DNA from: Candidatus Tepidifontimicrobium thermophilum
GTDB taxonomy: Bacteria > Sysuimicrobiota > Sysuimicrobiia > Sysuimicrobiales > Sysuimicrobiaceae
Direction: 5' to 3'
NCBI GenBank assembly: GCA_031459915.1
Contig: JAVKHO010000014.1
Location: 16,934 to 80,933 of the forward strand
Length of the DNA: 64,000 bases
Below are positions 1-9,608 of the stretch, in pieces. The position numbers and the translations under genes are program-made. The first letter of the stretch is position 1. The number at the start of each line of letters is the position of its first letter. The notes under the pieces are model-generated. The model worked only from the letters and a program-made list of their open reading frames with translations. It had not been told where the DNA came from and searched no databases.

Positions 1-1
1 G

Positions 2-70
2 GTGGCAGCCCGGTACGCCTCCCTGTTTGAGCAGGCTGTGGAGCGGGCGGCCGCGGAGGCCGCGGTATAG
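2..70 (+). CDS. 3' end of a probable GT4 glycosyltransferase (partial, runs off left edge)
   Basis: Frame reads VAARYASLFEQAVERAAAEAAV*, typical of a GT-B C-terminal helix; neighbours are GT-related. Confidence 0.45.
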   Translation: MAARYASLFEQAVERAAAEAAV

Positions 71-116
71 CTAGCCTTCCTGTCTGGCGAGCCCCTGTTC
101 GCCTGAGGCGGACCTT

Positions 117-1181
117 ATGGGTAGCCTGGATCGCGTAGCCGCCAGCGGCCCCCCTGAACGCCGGGTCGGCGCCTTCCCGGGTCCGGTGGAGCGCCACCTG
201 CGGGGATGGGTGCGGGTGGCGCACCTGCGGCGCATGACCGACTCTTTCGGGATGATCCAGTTCTCCCGCGGTCCGGTACCCGAACCGAAGACCGGGTACA
301 CGGCCGACGACAACGCACGGGCTCTGGTGGTGGCCGCCCGCCTCGGCTTGGAAGACCTCGCGGAGGTGTACCTGTCCTTTCTGGATCGCAGCCTCCGGCC
401 GGACGGCTGGTTCCACAACCTGTGGCGCCAGGACCGAACTCCGGCTCCGGATGGGCAGTCTGAGGACTGCCAGGGCCGCTGCCTGTGGGCTCTGGCAGAG
501 GCAGCCGGCTCCGCCTTGCCCGCACATCTGCGCAGACGGGCGGAGTCCCTGCTGGAGCGGGCGCTACCTACCGTGGGCCAGCTGCGCACTCCCAGGGGAC
601 GGGCCAATGCATTGATGGGCTTAGCGCGGCTGGCAGACCCCGTACCGCTGGCCGCGGTGGCGGAAGCGCTGTGTGATCAGCTGGCCGCGACGGACCCCGC
701 GTGGCCCTGGCCGGAGCCCGTCCTCACGTACGAGCTGGGCCGCGTGCCTTGCGGTCTGCTGCGTGCCTCACGGGTAGGCCTCGAACGCTGGCGCCAGGTG
801 GCGCTACGGACGCTGGACTTCCTTTTGGACGTGATGGTGGAGGACGGTACGGTGGTACCCGTCGGGAACCGGGGTTGGTACTCCCGAGGCGGCCAGAAAG
901 CCCGGTGGGACCAGCAGCCCGTGGACCCCGGGGCCCTCGTGGAGGCTTGCGTGGAGGCGTATGCCCTCACGGGCCAGGCTCGGTACCGGGAGGCGGCGCG
1001 CGCCGCCTGGGAGTGGTTCTGGGGTCGGAACCTCAAAGGGGCGGTCCTGGTGGACCCGTCTGGGGCGTGCCGGGACGGTCTGGGGGAAGACGGGGCGAGC
1101 GACAACCGAGGCGCCGAAGCGTGTCTTGCTTACCTTCTGGCCGCCCTGGCGTGGTCCGAGCTGGAGGTAGAAGGGCCGTGA
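117..1181 (+). CDS. Glycosyltransferase-associated (alpha/alpha)6 glycosidase-like protein
   Basis: Motifs HLRRMTDSFGMIQF, GYTADDNARAL, SEDCQGRCLWAL, WDQQP, CRDGL..NRGAE match the domain often fused to GT4 enzymes. Start uncertain. Confidence 0.75.
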   Translation: MGSLDRVAASGPPERRVGAFPGPVERHLRGWVRVAHLRRMTDSFGMIQFSRGPVPEPKTGYTADDNARALVVAARLGLEDLAEVYLSFLDRSLRPDGWFHNLWRQDRTPAPDGQSEDCQGRCLWALAEAAGSALPAHLRRRAESLLERALPTVGQLRTPRGRANALMGLARLADPVPLAAVAEALCDQLAATDPAWPWPEPVLTYELGRVPCGLLRASRVGLERWRQVALRTLDFLLDVMVEDGTVVPVGNRGWYSRGGQKARWDQQPVDPGALVEACVEAYALTGQARYREAARAAWEWFWGRNLKGAVLVDPSGACRDGLGEDGASDNRGAEACLAYLLAALAWSELEVEGP

Positions 1182-2221
1182 GGGTGGCGGTGCTGGCGCC
1201 GGTGGCCTGGCGGGTACCTCCCCGGCACTACGGGGGCTGGGAGCAGGCAGTAGCTACGCTCACGGAGTCCCTGGTGCGCCTAGGGGTGGACGTGACCCTG
1301 TTCGCCAGCGGCGACTCCGTCACCTCCGCCAGGTTGGAGAGCGTGATCCCTAGGCCCGTCCAGGAGGACCCGGAGCTACGGGCCCGCAGCCGCGCGTACG
1401 AGATCCTGCACGCGGTCGCCTGCCTGCAGCGTGCGGAGGAGTTCGACCTGGTGCACAGCCACGCGGGATCCTTCGTGGTGGGCTATGCGCCCTTCGTGCG
1501 GACCCCTCTTGTGGTGACGCTGCACGGCTCGGGCGCGGAGCCCGACAGCCAGGTGCTGTACCGTCACTTCCGCCACCTCCCGTACGTGGCCATCAGTGAG
1601 GCCGAGCGCCGCCTGCTGCCGGACCTGAACTACGTGGCCACCATCCACCACGGGGTGGAGGTAGAACGCTTCCCCTTCGAGGGACGCCACGGGGACTACC
1701 TGCTGTTCGTGGGCCGGATCGCCCGGGTCAAGGGCGTCCACCACGCCATCGCGGTGGCCCGCCGCACCGGCATTCCCTTGGTCCTGGGCGGGATCGTGCC
1801 TCCCGAGGAAGAGGAGTACTTCCGCCGGGAAGTGGAACCGCACCTGGACGGGGAGCGGGTCCGGTTCGTGGGACCGGTGGACGCGGAGCAGCGGAACCGG
1901 CTTTGCTGCGGTGCCCTGGCGTTCCTGCACCTGGTAGAGTACGAGGAGTCCTTCGGCCTCACCATGATCGAGGCGATGGCGTGCGGTCTCCCTGTAGTGG
2001 GCACCCGCCGGGGTTCGGTCCCGGAGGTGGTGGCGCAGGGCCGCACCGGCTTCGTAGTGGACCACCCGGAGCAGGCGGTGGAGGCCGTACGGAGAATCCG
2101 CCAGGTCTCCCGGGAGGCGTGCAGGGCCTGGGTGGCCGAGCGCTTCCACGCCCGGAGGGAAGCGGAACTGCACGTGCGGGTCTACGAACAGGTCCTCCAG
2201 CAGGCTCGGGCCGGGGTTTAG
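1178..2221 (+). CDS. Glycosyltransferase family 4
   Basis: VPPRHYGGWE N-terminal motif, GRIARVKG, EESFGLTMIEAMACGLPVV; GTG at 1178 overlaps the upstream stop. Confidence 0.93.
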   Translation: MRVAVLAPVAWRVPPRHYGGWEQAVATLTESLVRLGVDVTLFASGDSVTSARLESVIPRPVQEDPELRARSRAYEILHAVACLQRAEEFDLVHSHAGSFVVGYAPFVRTPLVVTLHGSGAEPDSQVLYRHFRHLPYVAISEAERRLLPDLNYVATIHHGVEVERFPFEGRHGDYLLFVGRIARVKGVHHAIAVARRTGIPLVLGGIVPPEEEEYFRREVEPHLDGERVRFVGPVDAEQRNRLCCGALAFLHLVEYEESFGLTMIEAMACGLPVVGTRRGSVPEVVAQGRTGFVVDHPEQAVEAVRRIRQVSREACRAWVAERFHARREAELHVRVYEQVLQQARAGV

Positions 2222-2238
2222 ACACGCTTGGCAGGCGT

Positions 2239-3261
2239 CTACGGCGCCTGCCCGTCCTGACGACTCCGCAAGGCGACCTCCCTGGCCCACGCCCACATGC
2301 GGTCCCGGGGCACCGTGGCCAGACACACCACGCTGTCCGCAGCCCCGTAGTACACGAGGATCTGCCCCCGGTAGTCCACGGCCCCGCACGAGAACACCAC
2401 GTTGGGGACCAAGCCTTCCTGCTCGTACGGCTCCTCCGGTTCCAGGATCGGGCCGTCGCACCGGCCCAGCACCCTCCGAGGGTCGTCGAGGTCCAGCAGG
2501 GCCACCCCCAGACGGTAGGTTCGGGCTTCGTCCACGCCGTGGTAGATGAGGAGCCAGCCGTAGGGGGTGGCCAGGGGAGGGCCTGCGATCCCGATCCGGT
2601 TCCCGTCCCACATGCCTGGGCGCACCCGCAGGATGGGGCCGTAGTTGTGCCAGTGATGCAGGTCCCGGGACACTCCCAGGTGGATGTCAGGGAAGATGCG
2701 GTGCAGCAGCAGGTAGCGGCCCTCGAACTTTCGCGGGAACAGGGCAGCGTTCTTGTTGTCCCAGTTGCGGAAGGCGATGGCCCGGCGCCGGAAGTTCCGG
2801 AAGTCCCGGGTGGTGGCGATGGCGATGCGCGTCCTCCACGGCACTCCCGCGTCACCGAAGGGGGTGGGCCGCTTGGACGTCCGCGGCTTGAGGGCAGGGT
2901 ACAGGGACGCGGCGGTGTAGCACAGGTAGTAGACGTCCCCCATCCGGGTCAGGCGTGGGTCCTCGACGCCCAGGCGTTCCCAGGGGTTGTCCACCGCGGG
3001 CTCGAACACCGGGCGGGGGCTCCGGTACTCCACCGTGACGCCGTCCTCCGCCAGGATCGCCAGCCCGAACCGGGAGATCCAGTCCAGACCCTGGGCGCGG
3101 TACAGGAGGTGGACCCGGCCCCGGTACACCGCCGCGGCGGCGTTGTACACCCAGCGGTTCTCCCACCAGTTGTCGGTGGGTCGCAGGATGGGGTTGGCGG
3201 GGTGCCGCTGCAGCCGCGGCGCGGAGACGACCACGGGAGAGTGCTCGAGGGTCGACCGCAT
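2239..3261 (-). CDS. GH130 glycoside phosphorylase/glycosidase
   Basis: NPIL, VYNAAA, GVEDPRL, NKNAALFP, LLIYHGV, YEQEGLVPNVVFSCG, YYGAAD; ATG at 3261 with GAAGGAG RBS. Confidence 0.92.
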   Translation of the reverse strand: MRSTLEHSPVVVSAPRLQRHPANPILRPTDNWWENRWVYNAAAAVYRGRVHLLYRAQGLDWISRFGLAILAEDGVTVEYRSPRPVFEPAVDNPWERLGVEDPRLTRMGDVYYLCYTAASLYPALKPRTSKRPTPFGDAGVPWRTRIAIATTRDFRNFRRRAIAFRNWDNKNAALFPRKFEGRYLLLHRIFPDIHLGVSRDLHHWHNYGPILRVRPGMWDGNRIGIAGPPLATPYGWLLIYHGVDEARTYRLGVALLDLDDPRRVLGRCDGPILEPEEPYEQEGLVPNVVFSCGAVDYRGQILVYYGAADSVVCLATVPRDRMWAWAREVALRSRQDGQAP

Positions 3262-3388
3262 GTCGTCCAGTTCTCCTTCCTCGCTTACCTCGCTTACGCG
3301 CTCCAGTTCAAGCGTGTTCCGGCCACCAAGACACCAGCATACTGCATGCCGCAAGGCCCACCCGGCCGCCCAGGGGCCGGGCGACTCA

Positions 3389-3416
3389 ACTTCGCATAAT
3401 GTACGTTATGTCAAGT
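3389..3416. other. dif: dif site (XerC/XerD chromosome dimer resolution)
   Basis: ACTTCGCATAA-TGTACG-TTATGTCAAGT: 11-6-11 layout close to E. coli dif (GGTGCGCATAA TGTATA TTATGTTAAAT); AT-rich island in high-GC DNA. Confidence 0.88.
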
Positions 3417-3744
3417 AACCCCCCTCACCGGCCCCGCCTAGGACTTCCTCCACCCAGCCGAGGCCGGCGATGGCGGCCGGAAAGCCCCGGGTCGTGAGGG
3501 CCAGAAGGGCCACGTGCCGCACCTCCTCCGCGGTGGCCCCGGCCTCCAGGGCGCGCCGTACGTTCGACCGAACGGCCCCCTCGGCCAGGGCCCCGATGGC
3601 GATCCCCAGCTTCACCAGCCGCTGGGTCTTGGCATCCAGGGGCCCCGCGGCCTCGGTGGCCGCTCCCAGGCGGTCCAGGGCTTCCGCGACCTGGGGGTAC
3701 CTCCGGCGGAACCCGGTGTACACCTGCGGCAGGTACTCCGACAC
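3406..3744 (-). CDS. Carboxymuconolactone decarboxylase (CMD) family protein, no CxxC
   Basis: GPLDAKTQRLVKLGIAIG..GAVRSNVRRALEAGATAEEV..TRGFPAA; GTG start with GGAGG RBS. Confidence 0.85.
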   Translation of the reverse strand: MSEYLPQVYTGFRRRYPQVAEALDRLGAATEAAGPLDAKTQRLVKLGIAIGALAEGAVRSNVRRALEAGATAEEVRHVALLALTTRGFPAAIAGLGWVEEVLGGAGEGGYLT

Positions 3745-3825
3745 GGTTCTCACCTCCAACAGTGTGTTCGACACCCCCCTGCGGGATCCTGGCGAGCACC
3801 TCAAGTTAGCTCGGGGGACCTGCAC

Positions 3826-5514
3826 TCAGACCGCGGGCGCGCGCCTGGCCTCCTGTTCTTGCGTCTGCCCCGATTTCCCCCGCCAGCTGTCCTGTCTGGC
3901 GCGGAGCTCGCGGTAGTGACGCAGCTGGCGGTCCACTTCCTGCGGGGTCCAGCTGAGCTCCCGCGCCATGAGCTCCGCGATATGTGGCGCGGCCAGGTCT
4001 GCCGCGGCGGAGTCCAGCACCGCAAGCCGCGTGTGCAGGTACAGGCAGTCAGCCAGGGTAACCGCGTACTGCCGGCGGCACGCGTACGCCACCTCGGCGG
4101 CCAAGTGCGGCAGGCCGGGGGCCAGGCGGGCCGCCAGCTCGGGGGACTCCTCCATAATGGCCACCACTTCCGTCGCGGCCCCACCGTAAGCGGCCAGCAG
4201 GTGCGCCCTCTGGTCCGGCTCGAAGGGGCTGCGCTCCAGCTGGGTCCGCGCCTCCTCTAGCCCCGAAGCGCCCGCCAGGGGCAGCCCGTGCGTCCTGCAG
4301 CTCCTCGGCCTGCCCTCCATCCGGGCGATGGCGTTCACGGTGTCCTCCGCCATCCTCCGGTACGTGGTGAGCTTGCCTCCCGTCACGGTGACGAGGCCGC
4401 CTTCGGAGGCCACGACCACGTGGTCTCGGCTCAAGGCGGCGGTGGATCCCGCGGGCCGGCTCACCAGCGGCCGGATACCCGCGTAGACCGCGGTCACGTC
4501 CTCCGCCCGTAGCGGGACCCCCAGGTACCGGTTGGCGTGGTCCAGGAGGTAGTCGGCGTCCGCACGGGTCACCGGCGGCTCGTCCAGGTCCCCTCCGTAG
4601 GGTTCGTCGGTGGTCCCCAGCACGAGCCTCCCCTCCCACGGGACCAGGAACGCCAGGCGGCCGTCGTCGGTCTCGGGGATCACCAGGGCCGCCGACGCCC
4701 GCACCACATGCGGGCGCAGGACCAAGTGGACGCCCTTGCTGTGCCGGATCCGCACGGGAGGCTCTCCGGCCAGGGCGGCCACCCGCTCCGCCCAGATACC
4801 TGTGGCGTTGACCACCCACCGCACGGGCACCTCGGCTGTCCGTCCGGTCAGGCGGTCCACCACCCCCACAGCGCGGATGCGGCCACCCACGCGCTCGAAC
4901 CCTACCACCTCGACGTAGTTCACCGTACAGGCGCCCAGCGCGCGGGCCGTACTCAGGACCGCCCGGGTGAGCCGCACGTCGTCCGTCTGTCCGTCCCAGT
5001 ACAAGAAGGCCGCCCGCAGCCCTTCGGTCCGCAGGTCGGGGACCAGGTCGTGCACTTCCTTTACGGACAGGCGCCGGTGCCGCAACCGGGGGTCCCGGCT
5101 GAACAGGTCGTAGGCCCACAGCCCCACCCCGACGCCCACGGGCGCCAGCGGCGCCAGCCAGCGCGGAAGCCTCATCCCCAAGGGCCTGCGCGTCCCGCGG
5201 TACAGGGGAATCAAAAACCCCAGGGGCCGGACTACGTGCGGGGCCAGCCGGAGCAGCAGCTGGCGCTCCCGAAGGGCCTCCCGCACCAGCCCCAGGTGTC
5301 CCTGCGGCAGGTAACGGACGCCGCCGTGCACCAGTCGGGTGGACCGGCTGCTGGTTCCGGAGGCGAAGTCCCGGCGCTCCACCAGGCCGACGCGGTAGCC
5401 GCGGCTGGCAGCGTCCAGCGCCACTCCGGCGCCCGTGATCCCCCCTCCCACGACCAGCACGTCCACGCCCCGGGTGAGGATCTCCAGGGCCTCCTGCCGA
5501 GAAGGGGACCGCAC
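3826..5514 (-). CDS. glpD: FAD-dependent glycerol-3-phosphate dehydrogenase
   Basis: GGGITGAGVALDAASRG, DFASGTSSRSTRLVHGGVRYL, KGVHLV, GGKLTTYRRMAE; directly follows glpK. Confidence 0.95.
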   Translation of the reverse strand: MRSPSRQEALEILTRGVDVLVVGGGITGAGVALDAASRGYRVGLVERRDFASGTSSRSTRLVHGGVRYLPQGHLGLVREALRERQLLLRLAPHVVRPLGFLIPLYRGTRRPLGMRLPRWLAPLAPVGVGVGLWAYDLFSRDPRLRHRRLSVKEVHDLVPDLRTEGLRAAFLYWDGQTDDVRLTRAVLSTARALGACTVNYVEVVGFERVGGRIRAVGVVDRLTGRTAEVPVRWVVNATGIWAERVAALAGEPPVRIRHSKGVHLVLRPHVVRASAALVIPETDDGRLAFLVPWEGRLVLGTTDEPYGGDLDEPPVTRADADYLLDHANRYLGVPLRAEDVTAVYAGIRPLVSRPAGSTAALSRDHVVVASEGGLVTVTGGKLTTYRRMAEDTVNAIARMEGRPRSCRTHGLPLAGASGLEEARTQLERSPFEPDQRAHLLAAYGGAATEVVAIMEESPELAARLAPGLPHLAAEVAYACRRQYAVTLADCLYLHTRLAVLDSAAADLAAPHIAELMARELSWTPQEVDRQLRHYRELRARQDSWRGKSGQTQEQEARRAPAV

Positions 5515-5516
5515 AG

Positions 5517-7016
5517 TTAACCCTCCAACCAGCCGAAGGTGCGCTCCACGGCCCGTAGCCAGCGCCGGTACAGGGCCTCCCGAGCTTCCGCGGGCATAGC
5601 GGGCTGCCAGCTGCGGTCCGCGGCCCAAAGGGACCGTAGCTCGTCCAGGTCCTTCCACACGCCCACCGCCAGGCCGGCGGCGTACGCGGCGCCGAGCGCC
5701 GTGGTCTCCTGCACGGCGGCCCGCACCACCGGGATCCCCAGGACGTCCGCCTGGAACTGCATCAGCAGCTGGTTGCGCACCATGCCGCCGTCCACCCGCA
5801 GGGCCGGCGGCCGGACCCCGGAATCCCGCACCATGGCCTCCAGCACCTCCCGGGTCTGGTACGCGGTAGCCTCCAAAGTGGCGCGGGCGATGTGTCCCCG
5901 GTGGGTGTGGCGGGTCAGTCCCACGATGACCCCGCGGGCGTCGCTCCTCCAGTGCGGTGCGAACAGGCCGGAGAAAGCCGGCACGAAGTACACCCCGCCG
6001 TTGTCCTCCACCGACCGGGCCAGCTCCTCCACCTCCGGGGACGTGCGGATCAGGCCCAGGTTGTCCCGGAGCCACTGCACCGCAGCCCCCGCGATGGCCA
6101 CGGACCCTTCCAGGGCGTAGGCGGGCGGGCTGCCACACAGCTGGTACGCCACCGTGGTGAGGAGGCCGTGGCGGGAGGCGACCGGTTGGGGGCCGGTGTT
6201 GAGGAGCAAAAAGCAGCCGGTGCCGTAGGTGTTCTTCGCCTCGCCCGGGGAAAAACAGGTCTGTCCGAACAGGGCGGCCTGCTGATCCCCCAGGTCCGCA
6301 GCCACCAGGACCCCAGACAGTTCTTCCACCACCGCCTCGCCGTACACCTCACAGCTGGAGCGGATCTCAGGCAGCATGGCGCGCGGGATCCCGAGTTCCC
6401 GCAGGATCCCGTCGTCCCAGTCCAGGGTGTGCAGGTTCATGAGCAGCGTACGGCTGGCGTTCGTGACGTCCGTCACGTGCACTCCACCCGCAGGCCCGCC
6501 CGTGAGCCACCACAGGAGCCACGTGTCCACGGTCCCGAACAGCAGCTCCCCCCGCTCCGCGGCCTGCTGGGCGCCGGGCGTGTGGTCCAGGATCCACCGC
6601 AGCTTCGGGCCGGAGAAGTACGTGGCCACCGGAAGCCCGGTCCTTTCCCGGAACCGATCCACCCCACCCGTGCGGCTCAGCTCCCGGCAAAGGGTGTCGG
6701 TCCGGGTGTCCTGCCACACCACCGCGTTGGCCACCGGGCGGCCCGTGGCGCGCTCCCACACCACCGTGGTCTCCCGCTGGTTGGTCACCCCCACCGCGGC
6801 GAGGTCCCGGGGCGTGATGCCCGCCTGGCTGCACGCCCGGCGGACCACCTGCCGGGTCCGTTCCCAGATCTCCACGGGGTCGTGCTCCACCCAGCCCGGC
6901 TGCGGGGTGATCTGGCGGTGCTCCTCCTGCGCGGAGGCCACCACGCGGCCCCGCTCGTCAAACACCAGGAAGCGGGTGCTGGAAGTCCCCTGGTCGACGG
7001 CGCCGACGTACCGCAC
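5517..7016 (-). CDS. glpK: Glycerol kinase
   Basis: [55 protein letters not shown]. Confidence 0.98.
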   Translation of the reverse strand: MRYVGAVDQGTSSTRFLVFDERGRVVASAQEEHRQITPQPGWVEHDPVEIWERTRQVVRRACSQAGITPRDLAAVGVTNQRETTVVWERATGRPVANAVVWQDTRTDTLCRELSRTGGVDRFRERTGLPVATYFSGPKLRWILDHTPGAQQAAERGELLFGTVDTWLLWWLTGGPAGGVHVTDVTNASRTLLMNLHTLDWDDGILRELGIPRAMLPEIRSSCEVYGEAVVEELSGVLVAADLGDQQAALFGQTCFSPGEAKNTYGTGCFLLLNTGPQPVASRHGLLTTVAYQLCGSPPAYALEGSVAIAGAAVQWLRDNLGLIRTSPEVEELARSVEDNGGVYFVPAFSGLFAPHWRSDARGVIVGLTRHTHRGHIARATLEATAYQTREVLEAMVRDSGVRPPALRVDGGMVRNQLLMQFQADVLGIPVVRAAVQETTALGAAYAAGLAVGVWKDLDELRSLWAADRSWQPAMPAEAREALYRRWLRAVERTFGWLEG

Positions 7017-7943
7017 CTACTTCTCCGTCTCCGTGAGCCCCTGCACGAACCACCGCTGCATGGCCACGATCACCACCGTGGGGGGCAGGAGGGCCAGCAG
7101 GGCGCTGGCCATGATCACCGGCCAGTCCACCAGGGCCTCTCCGGTGCCGATCATCTTCGTGATGGCCACCACCACCACTTCCTTTTCCAGCGAGGTGGTC
7201 ACCAGCAGGGGCCACAGGTACTGGTTCCAGCCGTAGATGAACAGGACCACGAACAGCGCGGCCACGGTGGTGCGGGAGACCGGGAGGAGCACGCTCCACA
7301 GGAAGCGCAGCGGCCCCGCCCCGTCGATCTTGGCCGCGTCCACCAGCTCGTCGGGGACCGTGAGGAAGAACTGCCGGAACAGCAACGTCCCGGTGGCGGA
7401 CACGGTGAGGGGCACGATCAGGCCGGTGTACGTGTTCACCAGCCCCAGGTCGGAGGCTACCTTGTACGTGGGGATGATCCGAACTTCCACCGGCAGCATC
7501 AGGGTCAGGAAGATGAGCCAGAAGGCCGGGGCCCGCCAGCGAAAGTCGAAGAACACGATGCCGTACGCGGACAGCAGGGACAGCGCGATCTTCCCCAGGG
7601 CGATCCCCAGGGCCACCACCAGGCTGTTCAGCATGGCCCGCGCCATGGGGATCCCGCGGATCCGCTCCCCGGTACCGGCGACGAACGCCTTCCAGTAGTT
7701 CTCCGCCGCGTGGGGTCCGGGCAGCAACCGGAGGGTCCCCGAGGTGACCTCCGGCAGGTCCGCGGTGGAGGCCACGAAGGCCACGTAGACCGGGAACACG
7801 AACAGCGCCACCCCCGCCAGCAGCACCACGTGGGCGGGGAGAAAACGCAGCCCCCGGCGGACCCGCCACCGCAGGCTTCCGGCCAGCGGTGCGGGGACCG
7901 CCACGGCACCGGTCGGGTTGGGAGCGCGTCCGAAGCCCCTCAT
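7017..7943 (-). CDS. ugpE: sn-glycerol-3-phosphate ABC permease (UgpE-like)
   Basis: TLMLPVEVRIIPTY, FRQFFLTVPDELVDAAKIDGAG, FIYGWNQYLWP, C-terminal GLTETEK. Confidence 0.9.
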   Translation of the reverse strand: MRGFGRAPNPTGAVAVPAPLAGSLRWRVRRGLRFLPAHVVLLAGVALFVFPVYVAFVASTADLPEVTSGTLRLLPGPHAAENYWKAFVAGTGERIRGIPMARAMLNSLVVALGIALGKIALSLLSAYGIVFFDFRWRAPAFWLIFLTLMLPVEVRIIPTYKVASDLGLVNTYTGLIVPLTVSATGTLLFRQFFLTVPDELVDAAKIDGAGPLRFLWSVLLPVSRTTVAALFVVLFIYGWNQYLWPLLVTTSLEKEVVVVAITKMIGTGEALVDWPVIMASALLALLPPTVVIVAMQRWFVQGLTETEK

Positions 7944-8821
7944 GCGTAGTGCACCCGGCGCTCCAGGAACCGGAACTGGAAGCTGGTGAGGACAACCGCG
8001 AGGACCAGCAGGATCACCGACTGGGCGCTGGACGAACCCAGGTTCAGATTGACCACGCCGTCCACGTACACCTTGTAGATGAGGGTCTCCGTGGCCTTGC
8101 CGGGCCCTCCCTTGGTCAGGGCGTGGATCACCGCGAAGGTGTCGAACAGGGCGTACAGGGCGTTCACCACCAGGAGGAAGAAGGTGGTGGGGGCCAAAAG
8201 CGGCAGGGTCACCTGGCGGAAACTCTGGAACCACGTGGCTCCGTCCACCTGCGCGGCCTCGTGCAAGGAGCTGGGGATGGACTGCAGGCCCGCCAGGAAG
8301 AACACGAAGTTGTAGGCCACCCGGGACCACACGGACGCCACCACGACCAGCAGCAGGGCGTGGCTGCCGTTCAGGGTGTAATCCCAGCCCACGCCTGACC
8401 GCACCAGGGCGCGGCCGACGATCCCCACGCTGGGGTGGGCCAGGAAAAGCCAGAGGGCGGCGGCCACCGCGGGGGCCACCGCGTACGGCCAGACCAGCAG
8501 CGTCCGGTACACCTGCACGCCCCGCAGAGGCTGTGCCGCCGCAGCAGCCAGGACCAGGCCCAGCAGCATCGCGCCGGCCACCACCGCGCCGGAGAACAGC
8601 ACCGTCACCCGCACCGCGTTCCCGTACAGGGGATCCCCGAGCACCGAGGCGAAGTTCGCCAGCCCGGCAAACGACGTCCGCAGCCCGAAGGGGTCCTGGA
8701 TCAGGAAGGACTGGTAGATGCCCTGCAGGGCCGGCCAGTAGAAGAACACCAGGGTGAGCAGCAGCTGCGGCGCCACCAGCAGGTACGGCAGGAACGGCGC
8801 CCGGAAGAGCGACCTCCGCAC
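7940..8821 (-). CDS. ugpA: sn-glycerol-3-phosphate ABC permease (UgpA-like)
   Basis: [30 protein letters not shown] loop, FDTF, SSAQSVIL, C-terminal ERRVHY. Confidence 0.92.
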   Translation of the reverse strand: MRRSLFRAPFLPYLLVAPQLLLTLVFFYWPALQGIYQSFLIQDPFGLRTSFAGLANFASVLGDPLYGNAVRVTVLFSGAVVAGAMLLGLVLAAAAAQPLRGVQVYRTLLVWPYAVAPAVAAALWLFLAHPSVGIVGRALVRSGVGWDYTLNGSHALLLVVVASVWSRVAYNFVFFLAGLQSIPSSLHEAAQVDGATWFQSFRQVTLPLLAPTTFFLLVVNALYALFDTFAVIHALTKGGPGKATETLIYKVYVDGVVNLNLGSSSAQSVILLVLAVVLTSFQFRFLERRVHYA

Positions 8822-8822
8822 C

Positions 8823-9608
8823 TCACGCCCTCCCCTTCGCCGCTCCCGGACTGCGAAAGGCCTGCAGGATCCGGTCTGGGAAGTCGGTGGCCACGCAGTC
8901 CTCCGGGTGAGCGCCCAGCCCCGCCTGCCACAGCCACAGGGCCCGGCCCGGGTCGTTCACCGTCCACGCGTACACGCCGACCCCGTGGCCGTGGAGAGCC
9001 TCCAAACGCTGGGAGGTGACCGCCGGGTGGTGCGCGCCCCACACCTGAGCCTGCCGGAGCCGGACGAACTCCAAGGGGTCGGTGGGGTCCAGGGCGTCCT
9101 GCAGGGCCACGAGCGCCACCTCCGGCCGCACCTCCCGGGCCCCCAGCAGAGGTTCGGCCCAAAACGAGGCCAGGCGGACGCGCTCCACCAGGCCCCAGCG
9201 GTCCACGAGGTCCACGACCTCCTGTGCCAGCCGCTTCCCCTCCTCCCCCTGCTCCTTAACCTCCACGTACGCGCCGGCGTCTGGGTGCTGGGCCAGCAAC
9301 CCCAGCAGCTGTTCGAGAGACGGAACCCGTTCGCCGCGGTAGGCGCTGGAAAACCAGCTGCCCGCGTCCAGCTCACGGAGCTGGACGAAGCTGAACTGGC
9401 GCACGGCTCCGTGTCCGTCCGTGGTCCGGTCCACGGTGTCGTCGTGCACCAGCACCGGGACTCGGTCCGCGGTGTATCGGACATCCACCTCCACCCACCG
9501 GATCCCCAGCTGCAGGGCCTGGCGGCAGGCCGCCAGGGTGTTCTCGGGGGCCAGCCCCGCGCCCCCACGGTGCGCGCAGACGCGGGGCTGGGCCCGTGGC
9601 TGCGTCAT
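8823..9608 (-). CDS. Glycerophosphodiester phosphodiesterase (UgpQ/GlpQ family)
   Basis: AHRGGAGLAPENT, EVDVR, HDDTVDRTT, YVEVK, WTVND, TDFP. Confidence 0.93.
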   Translation of the reverse strand: MTQPRAQPRVCAHRGGAGLAPENTLAACRQALQLGIRWVEVDVRYTADRVPVLVHDDTVDRTTDGHGAVRQFSFVQLRELDAGSWFSSAYRGERVPSLEQLLGLLAQHPDAGAYVEVKEQGEEGKRLAQEVVDLVDRWGLVERVRLASFWAEPLLGAREVRPEVALVALQDALDPTDPLEFVRLRQAQVWGAHHPAVTSQRLEALHGHGVGVYAWTVNDPGRALWLWQAGLGAHPEDCVATDFPDRILQAFRSPGAAKGRA

